A stretch of 64,000 nucleotides of DNA from Monocercomonoides exilis PA203 (taxonomy: Eukaryota > Protista > Preaxostyla): contig LSRY02000037.1 of the NCBI GenBank assembly GCA_001643675.2, positions 558,001-622,000 on the forward strand, read 5' to 3'. Below the pieces are notes generated by a model. That model was not told the DNA's origin, ran no database searches, and saw nothing but the letters and a program-made list of their open reading frames with translations. The position numbers were made by a program, and so were the translations under genes. Below are positions 54,901 to 64,000 of the stretch, one piece after another; positions within the stretch are counted from its first letter, which is position 1, and each line of letters starts with the position of its first letter.

Positions 54901-57808
54901 TGAATGCCCCGAGATTTCGTCATGCGCTTAATGATACTCACTCTCAGTGGCTGCTTGCGGATGCTTGGCTGATGCGGGGCAATTGCCAAAGAGGTGGAAG
55001 ATGAAGATTGAGAAGGCATTGGAAAAGAAGAAGAAGGAATTCCTTTGATTTTTCCAAGTTGAGAGTGCTGTGTGGAGAGTGAGGCGATGATGGAGTGATC
55101 ATAAGGATTGCCTGAGTTTATGTGAGAAGAAACAACATAAGATAAAGAGGATGAAGAAGAAGCATTCATAGAAGAAGAACGACATGTTGAAGGGAAACAT
55201 TGATACGAAAAGATCTGAAAAACTTTTGAATTTGCTTCAACATTATTCACAGCAAAAGAAGGAGAAGTATTCTGATTTTCAATTAAATAATTCCACTTCG
55301 AATTCATCGAAAGAGAAAGTTACAGAAGTGAATTCACCAAAATAATAGAATGCATCACATAAAGTTGTCCATCACACACACATTTCTATCCTTTTGCAAT
55401 TTTTCCTTCGATCGGCAGAATCGTCAAAACCTGCAACTTGATATGCGGATGGCTCTCTTTCCAGTCATACAGGATGCCTCTCTTCTCTCTTCTCTCATTC
55501 GCCCTCTTCTGCAGAGTCGGGTGTCTCCTCGCGCGAGAACACACCAGACACACCAGACTCCGCTCCACGTCTCCGCGAGCCACACTTCCAAAGCCAATTC
55601 GCTCAAGCTGCAATAAGCACAGCTGTCCGAGCAGCGGAGAAAGAGGGGCTTAAATCGTTGTCTTTTTCTCATCTGCAAGCAGCTCTGCTCCTTCCTTTGC
55701 GATAAAGTCGTCGCTTGCCAACAGCGCTTGCAGCACTGGCTCCACATGAGTGATACATTCTGTCCATTACTTCCTTCTCTTAACTGCTCCTCCTTTCACA
55801 TTCGCATTCATTACACTCACTAAGCTGTATCTGCTTCCCAGCTTGATCGGAATCCTAACCAAATGACCTATTTACATCAGCGAACGGAAGCTCCAGTATA
55901 TCATCTGCTTCCCATACACAGGAACAATTCCCCTCGTGACATGGCACTCGAACAGAGGGAAAAAAGACGCCTATGCATTCAGCCGCTCCACTTCAGTCAG
56001 GTCGAGTCTAAAGTTGATGCTCATCCCTCCTTCATTCTGAAGCACGATTGACTGCAAAGGTGCATCCACCTCGCAGATTGGCACCTGTTCCAGAAAATGC
56101 ATAGCCGTCGACTCTGCTCCTCGCCCGATCTCAAACACAGCATGCGCATCGGTAAGACTTAGCGTCTGGTACGCGATCTTCAAAACGTCGTGCTTCCCAG
56201 CGGAGCAGCACCCAAATAGAACGGCAAATGCAGCAGATTCCGCAGCAAGCGCATGCAAACCTCTTTGAAGATCAGCCCATCGAAGCGATTGAATGTTTCA
56301 TCAGCAGGTGAAAGCTCGTTTGCAAACGCATGGTTCATCTGGCTCTTAGAAAGATCTTTTCATGTAACCACCTTCTTCGTGTTGTGGATGTTCACATCCA
56401 CAACAGCTGCAGAAGGGAGGATAACCAGGCCAGCCACCACACACAATGCAGTTTCGTTGTGTTTGAATTGTATTCATAACATTTCGCCGGTTTCTTGCTC
56501 TTCTTCCCGACTCTGTAACAATAAAGAAGAAGCAGGAGAAATTCAAGCAGATTAAAATGGATCGTAAATACCTCTGTCAGCGTTGAATTTCTCTGGACAA
56601 ATATTTAATTTCTTTTTGTCATTTCAATCGCGCGCACAGCACTGTAAGTGTGCATGAACGAAGTAAAGAGATGAAAAACACTTAGATTCTTTTTTATGAT
56701 CTTGCTGATATGACTCCCATTTGTGGCTGGACCGACTGAACAGGCAGAGCAGTTGAAGGAAAAGCAGAAAGAGAAGAAGCAGACGATGATGGCGATAAAT
56801 CAGCATTGCGTGTTTTGAGAGAAAGGAATAAAGGAGCAGGCAAAGAATAAGGAGAAAAAGAAGAAAAAGTAGAAGAAATGGAGGTTAAAAATGATGAAAG
56901 ATTCATCAAATTATTTGACATAAATGAAGAACACTTTGGATTGAAAAAGATGAGGAAGAAGAAGCATTAAAGAAGATATGAATCATATTTGAATTTTGTT
57001 TACTAAAAAACAAAGTTCCTTTTCAGAAAAATCAAATTAATTAATATTGTCATAAACCCATTTCGAATTTTCATTTTTTCGTTGATCGGGAATTTGCAGA
57101 ATTGATTATTTTTTGATTGTTTACGGTAAAAATGATATAAAGAAGAGATGGATATACGCAAAAACGTTTTCTGCAAATTCCCTTGTAATTAAAATCTTTC
57201 TGTGATCAATAAGATCAAATTGAACAATTTTTAGAATGAGTATTTTTTGAAATTTTTTTTTTAATTAAAGCTATCTTCATTATAAAATTTCAATCAATGA
57301 AATAAATTTTCAATGATTATTATTTGTCATTATTGAAAAAAGAATATTTTGAAAAAACTTGTCATTTTCCAGATAAATAAATATTAAAAAAAACCCTATT
57401 TTAATAAAAGTCATTTTTTAATATTCACAAAAAAATCTGTTATATACATTAAAAAATTGATTGAGACAGTAATGCTGATTTCTTGTATTATAAATGATAT
57501 TCTTAACAATTTTTAAAAAATTTTTTTATTTTATTGTTTGATATTATAATTCTCAAATGATGTGGAAAACGAAATAAGATTCTTGTCAGTTTTGACTTGT
57601 TAGCAAATTTTAGAAGGATAATTTTAAATAATAAAAATTCATTTTTGGAAGCTCTTTGATTTTTTTTATTTGTCAATATTTCTTGGAATGAACACAAAGC
57701 TTAAAAATAATTTTTAAAAAAATTAATAAAAAAGTATAATAAATTCAAACAACAGCATATGAATCTCTAATATCATCAAACCATAATTAAAAATTTTTTT
57801 CAATAAAA

Positions 57809-60334
57809 ATGTCTTATTCAAAACCTCAATCAACTCTAAATTCTCGATGCAAAGTTATTTGGAACGAAATAAAACGAATTGGAGGAGATGACGTTGATTC
57901 ATTGCTCGTCTATCTCTTTTACAACTACAGGCAATCATCTTCTGTTATTAACGATTTGCTGAAGTCGTTGAATGGTATGGTTCTTAATATTTTTGTTTTG
58001 TGTTCAAAAAATATTATTTTAACTCTCTGATATTTTTTCTTTTTTATTTGTTAATTATTTATTTTTTTGAAACAGAATATCACATAAAGCTGTTAGAAGA
58101 TCTGTCTGTGGTGTACAACAACGCACCGTTGCATACTCAGACAACAATGCTACAGGCGCTGTCTCGAAACACATCATTATCAGATTTACAGGAATATGGA
58201 TATGATATCACAGAAGGAAAATTTATTTACGCCAAACAAACGCTGAAGAAAAACCAAGGCTTTATCATCCAGCCTCAAAAACCTCATCTTCCGTCTTGCA
58301 AAAGTGGTTTGTATTTATTTATTTGTTTTTTTTAAGAATAATTTTCTCTGTTTTTTGAGGCTTAAATGAACAGGACTGGGAAAAAGGAAACAACTGGATG
58401 TTGGCCCATTCAACTGAAGCTTCAACTTCGCTTCAGTCAGCAAAGAAAAAGCAGCGAGCTGAACCGGACTATACGAGATATATTGACGAAGCAGCTTGGG
58501 AAGATGAAATAATCACAGAAAACTCCTCTTCAAAGAAAAAACAATCTTTTTCATCTTCAACATCATCTCAGCAAAACAAAAACTCAAATGTCGTTACAGA
58601 AATAAATTCTCCTTCTTCAAATTCTTCTTCTTCTCAAGCTGTTGAAGCCCCAATCAGCACTCCAATAAGAAGAGAAAGGGATTCAACAAAAAGAAAAACA
58701 AATAAATCACATCATAAACGTCATTCATCTCCATCTCCAATACCAATTCATAAACTTTTCAAACAAAAAACAACCACATCATACACTTCATCTCTTTCAT
58801 CTTCCTCATCTTCCTCATCTTCCTCATCTTCCTCATCTTCCTCATCTTCCTCATCTTCCTCATCTTCCTCATCTTCCTCATCTTCCTCATCTTCCTCATC
58901 TTCCTCATCTTCCTCATCTTCCTCATCTTCCTCATCTTCCTCATCTTCCTCATCTTCCTCATCTTCCTCATCTTCCTCATCTTTCAAAAAGAAACAAAAA
59001 GAAAATTTGCATTCTTCTCCTATAGAAGAATCTTCAGCTTCCTTTTTCAACGATGATGTGTGGGTTAGTGATCAATTAGTAGAATATGCCACTTCACCCA
59101 ATCTTATTCCACCTCAAGCATTTCAAAATCTTCTTTCATCATTTTCAAAAGACAAAGACATTTCAGTGATTCAACAACAAAGCATTCAATCTTCAAGAAA
59201 TGAAACATCTTTTCTGAAAAATATTTCTGAAAATATTATAAAAAAGAATGCAAAAGAAACTTCAATTAAAAAACATTCTCATTCTCAATCTTCTTCAAAT
59301 TCATTAAATACTTCGAAAACATCATTTCAAAAAGCAAAAGGATTGCCAAACTTAGGCAACACATGCTATCTGGCCTCTCTTCTTCAATGCTTATCTTCAA
59401 TCATTTCACAAAAGCCATCTTTACTCAAAAAACAAACAGCTCTGAAGAACACATCTTCGCGTGTTATTAGTGTTTGTCAACAATTGGCTAAAGATGGAAC
59501 AGCAGTGCGTTCGTGGGTCCCATCACTGATCAATAAATGGGAAGACTTTTGTGGATATAGCAGCAGACAGCAACAAAATGTGACTGAGGCGTTTGACAAT
59601 CTTCACCAACTTCTTCAAAACGATAAGATAATTGAAAAGGATACTTTTAATCCTGTTTTGATAACTCATTTCAAATGCCAACAATGTCAAAAAATATCAA
59701 ATCGTTTCAATGATATTTGTAACAATGTGGTAATTAATTCATCATCTCCTCACAAAGGTTTATCTTCTCTCTTTGCAACAGAAATTTTGGCTGGAAAGAA
59801 CAATGTTTATTGCGATGAATGCAAAGAGAAATGCTGTGCTGCTCGATGGGAGGAAATGGCTGCATTTCCAGAGGTTCTAGCCCTCTGTCATGAATGCACT
59901 GATGCTGCTAGTTCTGCTCCTTCAAGAACACTTCTGATTGAAACTGATCGTGTTCACCAGCGATCGTTAATCAAAGGGTTTTCAACAGAAAACGTTCAAC
60001 AAATGCAAAAGAACAATAAGGAAATCATCATATATCATCTCATTGGGCAAATTCTTTTCAAGCGTTTTGATCTACAGAATGGACATTACATCGCTGTGAT
60101 CAAAAGAAAGAGCGGAAACAACTGCATATGGAATATCTGTAACGACGTTGATGTGACAGAACTGAACATCGAAAATTGGACAAATGCATGGAAGGATCTT
60201 TATGCTCAAGGTTTCACTCCGTCACTCTCATTCTATATCAAAGAAAAAACAAAACCAACTTTATCATTCATTCAATTTGGTGGCTCCTTCTCTTCTTCTT
60301 TAGAACAATCAAATAAAAACACTTCAAATGACAT

Positions 60335-60426
<92 letters not shown>

Positions 60427-61844
60427 TGTCAGCAACAACATTAGCTTCAACAACAACTACTACTACGACGTCATCTGCATTCATCACTCCACCTCATCGA
60501 ACAACTTCCATTCCTCCACTCTCTTCATCAATGACATCAAGCTACGGATTGGAAGCATTAAAGGAAAGAAGAAAGAAAACGGACATCTTTTCTCCCAATG
60601 AAAAGAGATTAATCTTCAAGCCCAAGACTAAATTATGGAAAGAGTTTTCAGAAGAAACGAATATCAAAGTATCTCTTTCCCATTTCTACAAGCTGGCAAC
60701 AAACTTCTCCAAAGCGAAAAGACGAACGGATCTCTGCGGAATGTGCGAGAAGTTGGACTATCTGGAGAATAAACTCAAATCTTCACAAAACAAAAATGGA
60801 CTTTCTTCTGCCGAGTTTCACGCTTTAAAACTTCTTCGACAACATCGTCTTGTTGCAGAAATGCAACGAAAACATTATCAATCTTCTGTCAACAATCTGA
60901 AAGAGGAAGAAGCAGTCTTCGTCTTCGACTTTAAAGAAAAATTGAAACTCATTATTAGAAAGAACCAACTTCAACAAGAATTTTTCAATTATCAACAGGT
61001 TTCTCAATTCACTGTCATTTCACTTCAAAAAATTAATAATCAACAAATAAAACGAACTTTCAACTTCTTCTCCGACTGCCTCTCAAATGATCACAGATTT
61101 GTTATTGAGTGTCTGGAATCTGTGATCAAAAGACACTTCTTCACAGACACTCACACTTTTAAGTTCTTCTGCGATTCGGGCCCACACAACCGAAATCGCT
61201 TCCTTCTTCACTTCATTCTCTCCAAAAAATCCAAACTTCTCAAAAAGAAACATACACAACTCAACTTCTTCGCTGAGCACCATGGAAAAAATATCTGCGA
61301 TAGTGAATTTGGTTCGTTAGTTAATGCAATCGACAACAATCTTTCGACTGAACACATCACCACACTTCATGATTTGATCAACTTCTTCGAAAACAACATG
61401 AAAACTTCAACATCTGCTTCTTCAACTTCACAATCAAACATTTTTTCAACATCATCATCAAACTCTTCACCATCTTCGACATCTGTCAATGACTCTGTGC
61501 ATGAGAGGTACTTTGAAGAATATGTACCATCACAACAAATCTCATGGCCATCATTGTCAGTTCCCCACATGAAAGATTACTTGTATTTTGAGCGCAAAGG
61601 CTCATTTGTCTGTGCTTCAGCTGTTGGATATCTTCCTCAACGCCCTCTGGTTGCCCTCGAATCTTCGACAATGAAAGTAAAAGTCCAAAGATCAAGAAAG
61701 TCATTTCACTCTGATATCACATCATCTAACTCTTCTCTTCTTTCTCAATCTTCTCAAGATCTTCTTTCAAGGAGATTTGAGCTTCTTCTTGACTCTTCTT
61801 CTATTTTTGAATCTCAAAATTGTATTAATGGTGTCCCTTTTTAA
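57809..61844 (+). CDS. Sola-like DDD transposase with inserted ubiquitin-specific protease (peptidase C19) domain; exons 57809-57974, 58076-58306, 58360-61844 (1293 aa)
   Basis: Two phase-1 GT-AG introns join three ORFs in frame, and the splice positions are mirrored in the 28-kb relic. USP: GLPNLGNTCY (Cys 59364), QQQN..EAF, CQQC/CDEC, NGHY (His 60084), WNICND (Asp 60144). Transposase: TDLCGMC..H, VFDFKE (D 60927), FCDSGPHNRN (D 61173), FAEHHGKNICDSEFG (D 61299). Confidence 0.9.
58797..58982 (+). repeat. (TCATCTTCC)n minisatellite encoding poly-Ser linker
   Basis: About 20 perfect 9-bp units in frame. Confidence 0.95.
60335..60426 (+). repeat. (TCA)n microsatellite encoding poly-Ser linker
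   Basis: About 30 perfect triplets in frame between the USP and the transposase core. Confidence 0.95.
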
Positions 61845-61848
61845 GAAA

Positions 61849-61994
61849 CTAGTTGTTGTGTATGCTTAGCTGGCACTCTATCGGAAGGGTGCTGGACATG
61901 ACTGTTCGCATTAGATATTGCAGCCTTCGGGCTGCTTTATCCGGACCTGGATACGACGAACAGCCTCCCAGGTACACAACAGTTAGAATCCGAT
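61849..61994 (+). ncRNA. Putative structured RNA element immediately 3' of the USP-transposase stop
   Basis: Five hand-folded stems with several G-U pairs (favouring the + strand), a GCAGCC-UUCG-GGCUGC hairpin, and loop AUCGGA complementary to downstream UCCGAU. Confidence 0.65.
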
Positions 61995-64000
61995 TATTTT
62001 CTTGTGGTTTTTGTCCCTATGATGTCCCTATTATTGAATTGGTTATTGTCCCTATTAAATCTGAATATATCGAGATTCATTAATAGAGAGAGTTGTGAAG
62101 GAATTCATTGATCTTTGTGTGAGGTTTTTGGAAGGGAGAGTAGTTGAGAGTGTGAAATGTTGTTTTATCATTGTGTCTGTCTTTTTTCTTTGTTGAATTT
62201 GATCTTTTTGAGTCAAAGTTAGAGAAATATCAGATAGGGGAGAGTGGATGGAAAACAGAGGGAAAATAAACAAGTTAGTTTTTGAACTTTTTATACAAGT
62301 ATTCTTTTTTGTTTGGAATTGTCTTTGATACCACGAATTTGCTGAAATAGTATAGATTTTTCTTATATCTTTTATTGTTCAAAATTGTTGACATTTAGTT
62401 GTTATTTGGTGAATGTTTTAAGATTATGTGATAGAACTATGTTTTTTTGAAAGTTATTGAATCTGATTAGAAATTTTCTGACTGTTATCGATTTTTTTAA
62501 TAATTAATATCATGAAGTCCTTTTTGTTTTTATATGTCATTTTGAATGAAAACGATTGATTTTTTTTTAACGAATTTTTTTTCATTTCATTGATATTTCT
62601 TCCATTTCGATTTTGACTCAGATTCGAAAATATTGCGATTTTTTTCCTTGAAATCAATTTTCGTTTTTTTCATATTCTTTAAATAAACGTTAAAACCAAT
62701 TAATATTTATTAAAGAGAAATTATTTTATCCAAAAAAGATCAACAAATAATTAACTGTTTCACAAAAGATCTCAATGATCATAAAAAATTTTTCATTACT
62801 TGGGAATTTGCAGAAATCGTTATTAACCTTATGAAACACTTCGACAATATATAAATATTATCTTGATGTATCAAATAAGCATTTCTGCAAATTCCTGATC
62901 AACAGAAAAAATGAAATTTTAAATGGGATTTCAGTGAACTGAAATATATCAAATTTTTCTAAAAGAAACTTCGTTTTGAGATATTACATAGTTCTTCAGT
63001 GATTCATATTTTCTTCTTCACATATTTTTCCTGTCGTTTCGCGATCTTCTATTATTTTCCTTCGCTGCACACACATTATGTTACAAATATTTCCTTCTTC
63101 CTCTCTTCTTCATTATTGAATCAAAAACATTCATAAAGAAGCATCATCTATCTCTTAAATTTTATCAGATTGCACTGATAGTCATTTTGAATGAGTTTTT
63201 TCCAACTCCGCTGTGTATTTAATCAGACCACCGAAGCCAACCTAAGAATACATGATAATTTTATCCAAACAGTTATTTACTTATAACTGACCGACAGTTT
63301 CTTTGAGGCGATCATTATTAATTATCTGTGGATTGACAAACTGATGCGAGATTCGATTCAGCTGCAATTAATGCTTTCATTTTTAGGAATGACTGGAGAA
63401 AAGATACCATGAAGCTTTTCTGCATCGTCTGCTTTATATTTGATCTCTATTGTCACCTGTGGCGGTTTACAATGAAAGTTTGCTTTGTAATATTCTCTCA
63501 GCAACTTTAAAGAAGAAATCATTCAGAGCCATTTTGCGGGAGATGAAGAGATCAGAAAAGTCATCTTTAAATGAATGAAAAGAACACATCTCCGTTTTTC
63601 CACGTCAAGTTATACAATTAGCTTGCGAAATTACACAAGAAGAAAAAAGTCAAAAAGAATGAAGAGTCAAAATGCAAGATATTGTTTAAACAAGAGCTCT
63701 GAATTACATAAACTATGTGTTTGTTGAGCTGTCAACATATACACAGATGCACTTCAGACATCTTTTATTGAGAAAGCGAGAAGAATCCTGAAAGCGCACT
63801 GGAGAAGTTAGCTGATAGGTCTAATTCATATGTGGAGGCTAAGCGGTAGAATAGCAAAGGAATAAACTCAATCTTGGAGAACGAATAGGAAACGAAGAAA
63901 GATAAGATGAGTTTGAGCAGCTAGACTAACGAGGAGAAAGTGCAGAACAGCGCTGTGTTAATAGTCGTTCTTTATCTATTCAGGAAGCTGACTGAACCTA

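Larger units (their letters stand above)
57003..62980. repeat. Imperfect ~220-bp inverted repeats flanking the USP-transposase (57003-57220 vs 62760-62980)
   Basis: Shared blocks CCCATTT..AATTT(T)CATTTTTTC..GTTGATC(G/A)GGAATTTGCAGAA and TTCTGCAAATTCCC..GTAAT in inverted orientation. No clean TSD; role as TIRs uncertain. Confidence 0.6.

Noticed and set aside
58748-60487. Antisense ORFs (EDE)n, (MRK)n, poly-D and poly-M
   Set aside because: Shadow frames of the poly-Ser repeats.
58398-61844. Fanzor/TnpB nuclease
   Set aside because: No RuvC-I/II/III arrangement or C-terminal zinc finger followed by a DxNA-like motif; the motifs fit a Sola-type DDD core.
61849-61994. SECIS, hammerhead, HDV-like ribozyme or group I intron identity for the structured RNA
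   Set aside because: No GA quartet partner or in-frame UGA; no CUGAUGA/GAAA core; HDV-like words (CAGCCUCC, CGAA) are in the wrong order; no P7 GACUA/UAGUC pair.

Overview
AT-rich eukaryotic DNA with GT-AG introns, densely packed with transposon remnants. Composition and the GG-rich beta-helix surface-protein fragments suggest a metamonad such as the oxymonad Monocercomonoides (inference only). Contents: two decayed DIRS-type tyrosine-recombinase retrotransposons (RT-RNaseH-MTase + YR), a decayed hAT, two Merlin/IS1595-like, two pogo/DDE_1-like and two tandem PIF/Harbinger-IS5-like transposase pseudogenes, several MITEs with visible TSDs (one nested), fold-back hairpins, a tRNA-Trp(CCA) beside a ~1-kb-unit palindrome-rich repeat array, and degenerate host gene fragments. 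The standout is an apparently intact three-exon gene (57809-61844, 1293 aa predicted). It encodes a Sola-like DDD transposase with a complete ubiquitin-specific protease (USP/peptidase C19) domain inserted between poly-Ser linkers. A compact multi-stem RNA structure with a cUUCGg tetraloop and a 6-bp pseudoknot begins 5 nt after its stop codon. Two decayed relatives of this gene lie in the same window (~11.3-13.4 kb and 27.6-29.0 kb), so it is a repeated family.
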